A stretch of 64,000 nt of DNA from positions 96,001 to 160,000 of the forward strand of contig CAWGVG010000062.1 in the NCBI GenBank assembly GCA_963825865.1, in the 5' to 3' direction. Of this stretch, positions 11,943 to 23,192 are shown piece by piece. The notes below the pieces were generated by a model, which saw nothing but the letters and a program-made list of their open reading frames with translations, was not told the origin of the DNA and made no database searches. Each line of letters opens with the position of its first letter. Position 1 is the stretch's first letter. This stretch comes from an uncultured Nitrososphaeraceae archaeon. Its GTDB lineage: Archaea > Thermoproteota > Nitrososphaeria > Nitrososphaerales > Nitrososphaeraceae. The translations under genes and the position numbers were made by a program.

Positions 11943-12933
11943 GAGAGATAATACCTCGGCCTTTCCAGCTGTTAGATTAAGGCGTTTAAGACGAAATGAT
12001 GCAATACGTGACCTTCTGCAGGAAGTTCATCTTTCAGTTAAGGATTTAATTTGCCCATTGTTTATTCAAGAAGGAATCAAAAAACATCAACCTATTGAAT
12101 CAATGCCTGCAATTCAAAGAATGCCGCTTTCTAAAACTATTGAAGAGGTACAAGCACTTTCTGACCTTGGTATTAGAGCAATTATTCTGTTTGGCGTCCC
12201 ATCTTTTAAAGATGATAAAGCAACTTCTGCGTTTAATGATAATGGAATCGTGCAACAATCAACTGAATTAATACGCAAACACTTCGGAGATAAAATTGCC
12301 ATTATTACAGACGTCTGTCTATGCCAATATACTTCACATGGTCATTGTGGAATTGTATTGGATAAAAAAGTAGATAATGATATTAGCATTAATACACTAG
12401 CAAAAGTTGCTGTAAGCCACGCAAGAGCAGGTGCAGATATAGTTGCTCCATCAGCTATGATGGATGGGCAAATAAGAGCTATCCGTGAAGGTTTGGATGA
12501 AGCTAGATTTAGTGATATTGCAATAATTGGATATTCTGCAAAACATGCATCTCCATTATATGCACCCTTTAGAGATGCCGCTCATTCTACTCCTGAATTT
12601 GGTGACAGAAGGACATATCAACTGCCATTTACCAATGCTAGAGACGCAATGCGAGAAATAGAAATGGATATCGATGAAGGTGTGGACATTATCATGATTA
12701 AACCTGCCATTGCATACCTAGATCTGATTTATCAGGCAAAAAAGAATACTAATTTGCCAATTTCTGCATATAGTGTTTCAGGGGAATATGCACTGATTAA
12801 GGCAGCCGCTATGGAGGGGTGGATTGATGAAGATGCTGTAATGACAGAATTCCTGACATCTATCAAAAGAGCAGGTGCAGATATGATAATCACATACCAC
12901 GCAAAGAAAATGGCTGAATTACTCAATGAATAA
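11923..12933 (+). CDS. hemB: Porphobilinogen synthase (ALA dehydratase)
   Basis: DVCLCQYTSHGHCG, APSAMMDG, MIKP and AYSVSGEY. Confidence 0.97.
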   Translation: MKTNTSRRDNTSAFPAVRLRRLRRNDAIRDLLQEVHLSVKDLICPLFIQEGIKKHQPIESMPAIQRMPLSKTIEEVQALSDLGIRAIILFGVPSFKDDKATSAFNDNGIVQQSTELIRKHFGDKIAIITDVCLCQYTSHGHCGIVLDKKVDNDISINTLAKVAVSHARAGADIVAPSAMMDGQIRAIREGLDEARFSDIAIIGYSAKHASPLYAPFRDAAHSTPEFGDRRTYQLPFTNARDAMREIEMDIDEGVDIIMIKPAIAYLDLIYQAKKNTNLPISAYSVSGEYALIKAAAMEGWIDEDAVMTEFLTSIKRAGADMIITYHAKKMAELLNE

Positions 12934-13491
12934 GTTATTGTTTGTGCCCGTTATATACGTAAATAGTTTTTCTCTTCTCTGCTGACAACCCAATTTCAAA
13001 GAATTCGCAGATGGATAATATCCTTGCTGTTAGATTGAGAATTTAAAGATTTCCTTGCTGTCATCCTGACTTAAAAACTGTTAGAAGTAAACAGGGCCCA
13101 AGGTAGATTCCAATAGTACTATTACTCCGTAGATAAAGAGGTTACTTATAATTTATTTTTAATAGAGTTATTAAATTAACTAATAACTACCTCCTACACA
13201 ATACAAATATAAGAATAATCAAACGTATTGTTCCCATAGGATTAAACTCTGCAAAATTGAGTCAGAATTGATTCACATTCCACCGGATTGCTTCAATCTA
13301 ACTGAAATCCCTTTCCTACACTATGTGATCGGTAATTAGTGAACTTCGACCATGTGATTTTTAAAAAGTAAAGCCGCCAAATAATAGGTAGTTATCATAT
13401 CATTTGAAGGAGAGATACCTTTTTCAGGCAAGTTGTTTAGATTGTATAATGCAATTTAAATAACTTCATCTGTTATAATAGATCGACAGTA

Positions 13492-13836
13492 ATGAAAAAA
13501 GATTCTATAGTTTCAAGAATTGAAGCCTCGCAAGACGGCAGCCCTTATGTGTATATTACATTTAGTGATCCCAATGACTACAAACCAGGAGGAGAAAAGC
13601 AGCAGCAAAATCCTTTTGGTCCCAATGTCATGGCATTCACATCTCCAGAGGATTTGATGAAAAATTTACCTAAGGCTATGGGAAACATTTCTAAAATGAT
13701 GGGTGGTGGAGGTGGTATAATCACTGATTCACCTACTTTTAAAATGAGTATGAAAGAGTATGAGGATATGAACATAAAAGTTGGTGATAAAGTCACGTTA
13801 GAAATTAAAAAATCAGATAGCGGTAGTGGAATATAG
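13492..13836 (+). CDS. Conserved thaumarchaeal hypothetical protein
   Basis: 114 aa ORF with a TATA-like sequence upstream; resembles a Nitrososphaeria-specific family. Confidence 0.7.
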   Translation: MKKDSIVSRIEASQDGSPYVYITFSDPNDYKPGGEKQQQNPFGPNVMAFTSPEDLMKNLPKAMGNISKMMGGGGGIITDSPTFKMSMKEYEDMNIKVGDKVTLEIKKSDSGSGI

Positions 13837-14197
13837 GGCTAATAGAAGTTACTACTATATACATAAAGCTGATGACCTGACAAGGTCATTACTACCAAGC
13901 CTTATTCCCTTTTTTTATATATCAATACCTGACCGTATGTACATGTCACATGTTTGTCAGCGATAGCATAATCATATAAATTATTACTGCCCACTTGCAG
14001 CCTGCATCTTTCGGATTAGTTGATACATATTGTTATGACATTGACATTCACAAATTCTTGTGGTTTTTGAACCATCGATAATTTCTATTTTATCGCCTTC
14101 GCATAAACCGTGCTCGTTTTGGATACACTTTTCTGATTTATCCACTATCTACAATAACCAACGAACTATTATAAATAATAATTACCTGTGTTAGCAT

Positions 14198-14449
14198 ATG
14201 GGAAAAAACGAACCGGAACAACAACAAGGAATGGCATCAGCAACTCAGTGGGCAGATCTTATCGGACAGCTTTTCGATAGACTAACAGGAAAAGGAGCGG
14301 TAATATCATATAGTTTTAAAAACTTGGAAGTAGACATTCCAAAAGCAGCAGGTCCACAAGGGCAGACATTGGGTAGTGCTAAATGGGTGGTTAATGGTGA
14401 GTTAGTCATAAAAGCTCAAGCTCAGACATCCAGTGAAATAGGGAGATAA
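14198..14449 (+). CDS. Hypothetical protein
   Basis: 83 aa ORF with protein-like composition and an AT-rich promoter region. Confidence 0.65.
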   Translation: MGKNEPEQQQGMASATQWADLIGQLFDRLTGKGAVISYSFKNLEVDIPKAAGPQGQTLGSAKWVVNGELVIKAQAQTSSEIGR

Positions 14450-14464
14450 ATAACAAAGAATAGA

Positions 14465-15507
14465 ATCTCTTGCGTAATTAGCAGCTATAGTCTAACACCC
14501 TACTTGTTTTAGCCGTCTTCTTAGATTGAAATGCTGTCAGACTGTATAACTCTGAAGTTCAGGAGACCGGATATTATATCAGATACGTTATTGTACTTCC
14601 TTAATCTGTTTCTAAATTTAGTACCCATTATTCCAAACTTTTTGATCTTACATATGGTATGTTCTACTATGATCCTTAGCCTAGAATGATTCTTGTTGTA
14701 AGTTCTTTCATCACATGAAAGCAATGTACCCTTTTTCTTTTTGATACGAAGTACAGACTTTACAGTGGGAAAGTCCTTTTCAATGCCAAGATAACCAAGA
14801 ATCAACTATGTTTTCAACTTGTGATGGAGTTATAGAATGATTGTGTTTGTAAATGTCATAATCATGTTTTCTTCCACTTCTGTGACCTGTCTTATGCAGT
14901 ATCAATCCTTCACTGTTTACCATCAATTGTGTCTTGACAGTATGTTTCTTCTTTCTACCTGAATAGTAACTCTTCCTTCTTCTTTTGTTCTTAGGTCTTG
15001 GAATTTCTTGTTCTGTAGAGTCTATGAAAGCCTTGAATCCAGGAAAGTACTCTTCTACTTCATCTATAGTTCTTAATCTCCTAGTACGTTTGTATATCTT
15101 CTTTGGCAATGGAATACACTCCTTGATAAGTGGTTCCATCATTGATATATCTCTACAAACATTGCTTTGATCAAGGTCAAACAGAAATCCTGATAATGTA
15201 TATGTAATGTATAATCTGTAGTATACTAGAAGCATAACGAATCTTTCTTTAACTTTAAGCTTAAATGGTCTACCAGCACCTATATCCCGTATTCTCGTCC
15301 TTGATAGAAGACGTCTTCTTTCGTGCTCTTCGTAGTTATGTTCAATTTCGTTACAAATGGATTCAAATTCAGATACAGTTACTCCGGTAAATGACCTGAA
15401 TATCAAAGGTTTCTTACATAATTTGCTATAGGACATCAAAGAGCTTGTCAGATAGATATCCTATGTGAAGAGGAATATAGCTCTAAGCTTCTAATTACAC
15501 AAGAGAT
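14465..15507. mobile_element. IS5-family-like insertion sequence with 22-bp terminal inverted repeats
   Basis: ATCTCTTGCGTAATTAGCAGCT (14465-14486) versus the reverse complement of 15486-15507, ATCTCTTGTGTAATTAGAAGCT (20/22 match), flanking a DDE transposase. Confidence 0.85.
14521..15439 (-). CDS. Transposase (HTH_Tnp_4 plus DDE_Tnp_4-like), frameshift near 14790
   Basis: FRSFTG, GRPFKL, IDSTEQ, YSGRKKKHTVK, D-x-GY and RIIVEHTI motifs. Confidence 0.88.
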
Positions 15508-16157
15508 CTAGTATACCAATTCCGATCCTTGAGGTGAAATACAGAAGAAGTAGAGATTACAAAGAAAGGTCGGATCGGAATCAGTATATATGGGTTTCTT
15601 CTCGTTAATCTCTAAATCTCTCGGATAGATATGGACACACAAAATAATAAACTTTTCAGATGATAGTTTGTTTGCATCCTTCGAAAAGTCATTTCTAAAT
15701 AATGTTGCATTCGAATCTCTTACTATTTCTCTAATTAAAAATATTATTACTATCAGATGTTCTTCCTCCGGCTCCATCTTTGATTTGTCAGTATTATCAG
15801 ATTCAAAATGTATTTGGAATGCTATTGGGTGGCCATTATCAGTTACTTGTATTGTTGTGTTTGCTGATTGTGAAGAGATAATAGAAACATTACTTAAATA
15901 CTAACACCTCGGTATATAAATGAATTAGCAGAAGAATTAGCCCATGATGCAGAAACAACTGTTCCTATAATCAATAAAAATGTTCCTACGATTAAAACGT
16001 TGTAACATAACCTAATGCTACCAGATAGGTTGTTGTTGTTGATTGATGATTGTAAATGCTGCCTCTACATTAAGGCCATTCCTTAACAGCCAGCCAGTAA
16101 ATCGCTTTTTATGCAATGTCCCGGCTGCTATCTTCCTCTTTCTGTAAATTACTATCG

Positions 16158-16547
16158 TCAACCGTCAATATGCGATAAGATTTTTGTCTGCATCTGAGAC
16201 TTAGAAGTAGCTCCAACAAAGCCGTCCACATTATTGCCATTCTTGAAAATAGCTATGGTGGGTATGCTCCGTATTCCAACAGCATTTGCAATTCTAGGAT
16301 TTTCATCCACATTCACCTTTCCAAACACAACCTTTCCGGAAAGTTCGCGTGCAAGTTGTTCTATTATCGGAGATACCATTCTGCAAGGACCACACCAAGG
16401 CGCCCAAAAATCAACTACCAATAGAGGATATTTATTTACAGATTCAGCAAAGTTAGCGTCTGTTACTATAATAGGAGTATCAATTACCACTACCTTAGCA
16501 TTACTACTATTATTATTCCTAGCTAAATCGTTCATCTTTTTTGCCAT
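16158..16547 (-). CDS. trxA: Thioredoxin
   Basis: VVDFWAPWCGPC active site and SIPT. Confidence 0.93.
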   Translation of the reverse strand: MAKKMNDLARNNNSSNAKVVVIDTPIIVTDANFAESVNKYPLLVVDFWAPWCGPCRMVSPIIEQLARELSGKVVFGKVNVDENPRIANAVGIRSIPTIAIFKNGNNVDGFVGATSKSQMQTKILSHIDG

Positions 16548-16570
16548 AATATTACTTGGTTCATCATCCC

Positions 16571-17574
16571 GCGTAGATATTACTTGGTATAATGGAAATC
16601 AGAGGCAAAATAATTTTGTGATATCTGTTTCAAATGACGGCACTGCTTTTACGAATGTATTTACTGGGAAGAGTAGTGGAACAACTTTATCATCAGAGAA
16701 ATACAATTTACCTGCAAATACAGTTGGCCGATACGTAAGAATTACAGTCAATGGAAATACTCAAAATAACTATGCAAGCATAACAGAAATTGATGTTTAT
16801 GGAAGTAGTGGAGGTGCAGATACAACACCGCCAACAGTTGTCAGTACAAATCCAACTAACAACGCCACAGCAGTTCCAGTCAATGCATCTATAACTGCAA
16901 CATTTAGCGAACCAGTAAATAGTTCAACTATTACTGCTACTACTTTTACATTAAAGAGTGAAAACACTACTACCACTCCTGCTACCACCAAAAATGTTGT
17001 AGGTACAGTGTCTCTAAGTTCAGATGGCAAAACTGCTAGCTTTAAACCATCCTCAAACTTAGCCTTTTCTACCAAGCATATCGCTACAATTACTACAGGA
17101 GTAAAAGATCTTGCAGGTAATGCAATGACATTGCCTAAATCATGGTCATTTACTACTACTGCTGCTGCAGCCAACACCTGTACTAATCTTGCAATCAGTG
17201 ATGTCATAGCCAGCGGCAATGATTCTTCTGTTAATCTACCAAAAAATACCATAGATAACAACCTCAATACAAGGTGGTCAAACCTTGGTATTGGTTCATG
17301 GATAAGGCTTGACCTGGGCATACAGAAGGTTATCTGCAGCGTAGATATTGCTTGGTATAATGGAAATCAGAGGCAAAATAATTTTGTGATATCTGTTTCA
17401 AATGACGGAAGTACTTTTACGAATGTATTTACTGGGAAGAGTAGTGGAACAACTTTATCATCAGAGAAATACAATTTACCTGCAAATACAGTTGGCCGAT
17501 ACGTAAGAATTACAGTCAATGGAAATACTCAAAATAACTATGCAAGCATAACAGAAATTGATGTTTATGGAAGT
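16571..17574 (+). repeat. 236-bp direct repeat (16571-16806 and 17339-17574), about 4 mismatches
   Basis: Manual alignment, offset 768 bp; encodes the duplicated discoidin half-domain. Confidence 0.9.
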
Positions 17575-18619
17575 GGCATAAGCACACCACAGCCACCTAT
17601 CGCAGATAAAAGTTACGACATTAATGTCAGTAATAAAATATTTTCCACTTACACCACAGGGAACAGTCGATGTTGATGTAACAGGAGAAACAACTCTTCA
17701 AGGAGTAAGTTATGAACACATTAGGCAGAAAACTATAGACATAACTGATAACTTAGTAGCAAGCTTAGAGAAAGCATCTACTTATCTTGGCTATAAAGAT
17801 TCTTTTGCAAAACCTGCCCTTCGTTATCACATTTTTGATACGATAGAGCATAAAGAACCAGTTCCAATTGCACCAAGACCTGGAAATCCGATAATTAATT
17901 ACAACGGAATAATGCTGGCACATGATATTTGTAATTATGTAGACAACAAAAATGTAAGGGAGGTATGGCTATTTGCATATCAAGGATTCCCTACTATAAA
18001 ATTGGTGGTTATGGAATCAAAAATGTCAGGACCTTTTGGAGACATAAGTAATCCTGGTGGAATAGATGATATGCCCCATTGTAAGCATACGTATATAGTA
18101 TACACGTTCAGTTATGGTAGAACTACAGCTGAAGCAGTAGAAGTCTGGGGCCACCAGTTAGAACATGAATTTAGTGCTATTAACCTTGATCTCTTTAGAA
18201 ACAAATTTCAAGGACTACCACATCCTGCCAATAAGACTGAAAATCCTGAAATGATTCCTGGCAGATGTGGTAGTGTTCACAATCCACCTAATGCAATACA
18301 TGAATATGACAGATGGAATTTAAGTTCATGGCCATCGGATTGTCTAGATTGGAATCCGGATGGTTTAGGAAAACTATCACAAATTAGCTGTCAAAATTGG
18401 GGCTGTGTTTTTCCAACTTGTGAAGTATATTTGTTTGACTTCTGGTGTAAACAATCTGACGCTAACCAGCCTCAACTTAAATATAATATATGGAACTCGC
18501 AGAATATGCCAGGCATAAACAACACGAAAACTTATCAAGGCCAACCTCTCAGAAGCTGGTGGGATGTATATGGTGATTTTGACAATGTTATGGCAAACAG
18601 CAGAAGGTTGACTAGATAG
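16571..18619 (+). CDS. 5'-truncated surface protein: partial F5/8C (discoidin) + Ig-like (Big_5) + F5/8C + putative zincin-like domain; frameshift near 17630
   Basis: RYVRITVNG...ASITEIDVYG discoidin repeats; DTTPPTVVSTNP...ITATFSEP...GVKDLAGN Ig-like domain; downstream ORF contains GHQLEH. Confidence 0.75.
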
Positions 18620-19338
18620 TTTTGTCTTGCAGTATCTATAGAAGCTAGCTCTATCTCACTGGCTATTAGATAAATAAAGAATAAATCATAACAATATGTT
18701 AATAAGGAAACTTATAAAATATGAAATCAATACTAATAGATTATTTGTTGTAATTGTAGTAGCAGTAGCATTAGTGATGATGTCTGCAACCATTCGTTCA
18801 TCTATGCAACAAAGCAGCAGGCAACCATTTAAAAGAATAAAATGTAAATTATTGTAAACCAATATTGGGAATTATTGTCTCATGTATCTAACTATAGGAA
18901 TATTTACAATAATAATAGCATATTTTGTATGATTTTAATCATATTTGTTTATTATGCATAATAATATATTGTTAGCATTCTTTATATATAAAAATTAGTT
19001 ATAGTCTTTATGATGCCTTGTCAACCATTAAAAAATATACAATATTCAACTATCCTAATGGAATAGTAAATGCTCAAGTTGCAGCAATAGCTTTTGCACA
19101 TACTATCATAAAATGTATATTTTTTGGAATAGTAGCAGTTACCGCTATTACAATAGTATCATTTGAAGTATTCCCATTGACAGCGGTTCCTTTAGTTACA
19201 ATAAGAAGAGAAGTACAGAATGTTGTTGCTCCTACTATTGACAATATTATTTATGGAAAATTAGAAGATGAGCATACTATAGGGTTAGTACCAACAACAA
19301 CAACAGTAGCAGCAGTATTTAAACAAACAATAAATAAT

Positions 19339-19947
19339 ATGGAATATTTTCAATCATCTAAAAATAATAATGATGATGATAATAATAAACTTGTTCATCA
19401 AGGTTTTAGAATAAAAAAAGTTGTTATTACCATGTTAGATGTAGAGGCTAAGAAAAAAGGTATCTCATTAAGTAATCTGGTCAATAAAATATTAGAAAAT
19501 CATGTTACGTGTGATATGTATTTTGAAGAATTAGGATTTATTCTGGTAAGCAAAGATTTTCTCCGAAAGGTGTTTGGTAGAATAAAAGAAGAGGAAGATG
19601 TACAAAATTATCTTATTGACGACAGCAGAGAACTTGGCCTAATAGCGGCTAAGGAATACATACCTTACTTTTATTCTGAATCCAATGATGATACTCTTGT
19701 TCAATTTCTAGACAAATGGTTTTGTAAGTTTCAATGTCATCAGCATAGAGTAGATAATGATAATAATTATAATAATCGACAACACCATTATTTTATAGTT
19801 AACCATGATATAAACATGAATTTCTCAATTGCTTTGAAAGCATTCCTAGAAGCATTAATTGAACCAATAATCAAAAGACCTGTTAAATTTAATAATCTTA
19901 CACCAAATACAATTTCATTTTCATTTGAAACGTTACCAAACTGTTGA
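19339..19947 (+). CDS. Thaumarchaeal ribbon-helix-helix-type regulator family protein (probable start at 19339)
   Basis: GFRIKKVVITMLDVEAKKKGISLSNLVNKIL RHH-like motif, followed by an effector-like domain. Confidence 0.6.
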   Translation: MEYFQSSKNNNDDDNNKLVHQGFRIKKVVITMLDVEAKKKGISLSNLVNKILENHVTCDMYFEELGFILVSKDFLRKVFGRIKEEEDVQNYLIDDSRELGLIAAKEYIPYFYSESNDDTLVQFLDKWFCKFQCHQHRVDNDNNYNNRQHHYFIVNHDINMNFSIALKAFLEALIEPIIKRPVKFNNLTPNTISFSFETLPNC

Positions 19948-20478
19948 ACAATGTTTTCATGGATCTGGCAGACATAAAAAATAGATTTTCTTGCAGTCTC
20001 TGCTTTACAAGTGCCGCTGTAGTCGATGGTGATATCAGGTTTGTTTCCTTTCTTGTTGCCTAAGCAGGAAAATTGAAAGCCATAGTAATTTGAGAAGGAG
20101 AATGTTGAAAGCTTGAGCACAAGAATTGAAAAGCGGCGAAGGAGCAAAATAGCAGTGAAAAGCTAAAAAAAACACTTGTGAAATGGCTTATGCTCGAGAT
20201 AGCAAAAACACCAATATGTGTGTCTTACAATTTTAATAAACAATGATTTGACAGAGCAGTACTTAGTTAGTGGTTGCCCGAACTTGGTTGACCGTGTTCA
20301 TCACTTCTGTTAGGTTGCCTGTTTGCACTACCTGATGGATGAATAAAACTTGTAGCGACGTAATACTCAATTCTTATGATTGGTTACAAGTATCGAATCT
20401 TGGAAATACCTTACAACTACTCCAGACTAGGTTATCTGTTTTTGTATTTTTATATCTCTTATAGCATTGCTGAAATTT

Positions 20479-20952
20479 CTATTTGGTTTCTTCAGTTTTA
20501 TTATCACTTTCCTCGTCTTTATTTTGGTTATTTTTCTCAAGGTCTTTTCTTCTTGCTTCAATAATTTCATTAATCTCATAAGCTTTTTTCTTAAACTCCT
20601 CAGCATCTTTCATAGCCTTATTGAGTTGCTGATTTAATTCATCTTGGAGCGATTCTGTTTCCTTTATACGTTTACTTAATTCTATAATATTTTTTATATT
20701 TTGGTTTATTCCACTTTCTAATGAGAATATTTTATTCCTCATCATAACAAAAAATTCTGCATAATTCAGTGTAGTTTTTTGAAGGTGATGTATATCCGAA
20801 AATACGCGTTCTAACATCATCTTTACTTTGAAATCACCATACGTGATTGATGTATAATATTCATGAGCATCTTTATTCTGTGAATCATAATTTTCTTGGT
20901 TGGTTTTTCGCATATTTTCAACTTGTTTTTTATATCCATCATCAAAACTCAT
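20479..20952 (-). CDS. Hypothetical coiled-coil protein
   Basis: 157 aa charged, helical ORF. Confidence 0.6.
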   Translation of the reverse strand: MSFDDGYKKQVENMRKTNQENYDSQNKDAHEYYTSITYGDFKVKMMLERVFSDIHHLQKTTLNYAEFFVMMRNKIFSLESGINQNIKNIIELSKRIKETESLQDELNQQLNKAMKDAEEFKKKAYEINEIIEARRKDLEKNNQNKDEESDNKTEETK

Positions 20953-21629
20953 TTCATTTTCAACCTGCTTGTTGTTGGATCCACAATTCTACAGCCTCCT
21001 CCAATGCTACGCTGATAGTCCCTTTTTTCATCCCCTTGTTATCTGCTGCTGCCTATATTTTAGATAAACTGAAGTCAGAAAATCAGCAATTGTATCGCAA
21101 ATTAAGGCTAAATGTTGTATGTGACAAAAAATGTGCGCGAGTTACCAGGAAAATATTATTTCAAGAGGAGTGCTCACATGCTCAAACTAATCGGGGGGTG
21201 GTAGATTAGCTTTCCGGTGTGGTGTATACTGTCCTTGTTGTTCCACAAAACTCAGGACACGGCCTAGAGATAACAAATGGCGTGCTAAACTGTTAATCGG
21301 AATCACAAGACATTAACTAACTCCATTGGCGGTAGTTTGTTTATTTTCTTTAGACCAGTTAGAATGGTTATGGTTCCAATTTGGTTTATACCCTTCTTTT
21401 AATAATAATATTTTCTTACATTTCTTAATCATTTAATCAAAATGTAATGTATTGTATTTGTATTTTTATATATACATTAGTCGTTATTCTTTTAGAAGCT
21501 ATACGCAAAGCGAAAAGAATCAAAATATTTCATGGCATTGAAGATGTAATAAATACAGAACTACAATTCTTCTCTAATGCATGAATTGATACTTGTATGA
21601 ATAACAACACCCCTGAGCAGAACAGTGTG

Positions 21630-21995
21630 TTAATTAGAGACAAGATTCCATGTTATTCTTCTATCATCTATTTCTATATTTGTCACAGGATCCACTGATG
21701 ATTCTATTACAATTTCTTGACCAACTTTATCTTCTATATACTCTTGAAAGTCTTTGATATCGTAAAACTCTCTATATGGTCTTCCTGATTCGAAAAGTCC
21801 GTTTATGTGTGTGTTAGTAGTATTATCATCGTGTACTTTTTTAGATGTTGAAAAATCTACAGGTGTTTTAAATGCAATTCCTATAATATAGTCTATAAAC
21901 CAAACGTCTTGGTCTTCTATTATATATGCATACTCTGCATTAGCAGCGTTACCAGTAGTAGCAGCAGATCTATCAGAATCTCTGTTTTGACTCAT
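21630..21995 (-). CDS. Hypothetical protein
   Basis: 121 aa acidic ORF. Confidence 0.55.
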   Translation of the reverse strand: MSQNRDSDRSAATTGNAANAEYAYIIEDQDVWFIDYIIGIAFKTPVDFSTSKKVHDDNTTNTHINGLFESGRPYREFYDIKDFQEYIEDKVGQEIVIESSVDPVTNIEIDDRRITWNLVSN

Positions 21996-22318
21996 CCTAG
22001 TATACTAGAGATACAATGATTAAATGCTTATCATAATCTTCTTTTCGTATACTAATATTAATAAACAGGTCCTAGGATCAATATGCATCTGAGCCATATT
22101 TAGAACATTACCGTTTTCAGCAGAGCCATATATGAGGATACCTCTGGCGTCTTTGTGTGATAAGCTGACGCTCATTTTTGCTATTTTCAGTTGTTTGCAT
22201 AACAGGGTTGGGTTCTGTATTTCTTGAGCTCGTTATAGTTATACTCTTTATCGGGCTTTATTGTTAACTTATCGGGTCGTCCAACTGCCTGTTAACTGTT
22301 GGGTCATAAATCTGTAGT

Positions 22319-22504
22319 TTAACCTTTTGGTTGACGACTTTTATCAGCATAATCCCAAAGCTCTTTGGTACATTTCTCACACAGATCCATACTTTCAGAT
22401 AAATTGCTAATGTATCCAAATGCCTTATCAGTGGTTTCATCTATTTTTCCACATCTATCACATTTGAAAATTTTAGCCATTTTTGACATATCTATGACGT
22501 TCAA
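22319..22504 (-). CDS. Small zinc-finger protein (CxxC...CxxC)
   Basis: FKCDRCGK...DLCEKC. Confidence 0.65.
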   Translation of the reverse strand: MNVIDMSKMAKIFKCDRCGKIDETTDKAFGYISNLSESMDLCEKCTKELWDYADKSRQPKG

Positions 22505-22670
22505 ACTGAAAAGGATATCTATAAGAATAGTCGCCTCTTCCTCGGTTTAAAAAGCTGTAAAAAAGAATCAGATAGTCAGATATTATATACTTCTTTTATA
22601 TCTAATTTTTCGATTATATGATCCAGAAGGCAGTTTACTATCGCTTTATATTCTAAACTATTGGTTAACT

Positions 22671-22955
22671 CTAAGGCGAGTTAGCCGTTATTCCACCAGC
22701 ACTAGCGGATGCTCCCCCAGGACCAGCACTAGCTGTGGCACTGACACTTGCAGAATCATTTGTTGATGTAAAGTTTCTGCTTAAATCGCTAAACAAATTA
22801 TAGGAAATATTATGCTGTCCAGTCTCATTGTCATTACCCTGTTTGTTTAATGTAAAATTATTGGCAAGTACATAGTTAGATGATAATACATTTGAGAATG
22901 ATGTAAATATAACTATCATAAAAGTTATACTCAAGCATACTCGCAAACTTATCAT
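22671..22955 (-). CDS. Small secreted protein
   Basis: Signal-peptide-like N-terminus and an Ala/Ser/Gly-rich tail. Confidence 0.55.
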   Translation of the reverse strand: MISLRVCLSITFMIVIFTSFSNVLSSNYVLANNFTLNKQGNDNETGQHNISYNLFSDLSRNFTSTNDSASVSATASAGPGGASASAGGITANSP

Positions 22956-23192
22956 ATGACTCAGATATCTAACTGAGAAAGTAATGGTCTATTCGTAATA
23001 TAAATCCTATGTAAATAAATTTCGGATTTAAAATATTTACATAATCTATGAATACGACTCATATAAAGATTTTAAAAATACAAGAATTCTGAGAAAATCT
23101 GACCATCTAACAATCTAAGACGAATTCTAATAGCTGTTAGCAACGTAGATATATTTCAGAATATCTTATAAACATTCTTCTATGTTTGGAGA

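Noticed and set aside
14780-14805. Programmed frameshift in the IS5-like transposase
   Set aside because: No clear slippery heptamer at the junction, and indel errors are common throughout the window.
16234-16570. N-terminal 112 aa of the 480-aa plus-strand ORF as a real overlapping gene
   Set aside because: It is the antisense shadow of thioredoxin. Recognisable domains only start at about 16571.
19018-19338. N-terminal extension of the 309-aa ORF
   Set aside because: It looks like an unrelated membrane-protein remnant that happens to be in frame. The RHH-family protein more plausibly starts at 19339.
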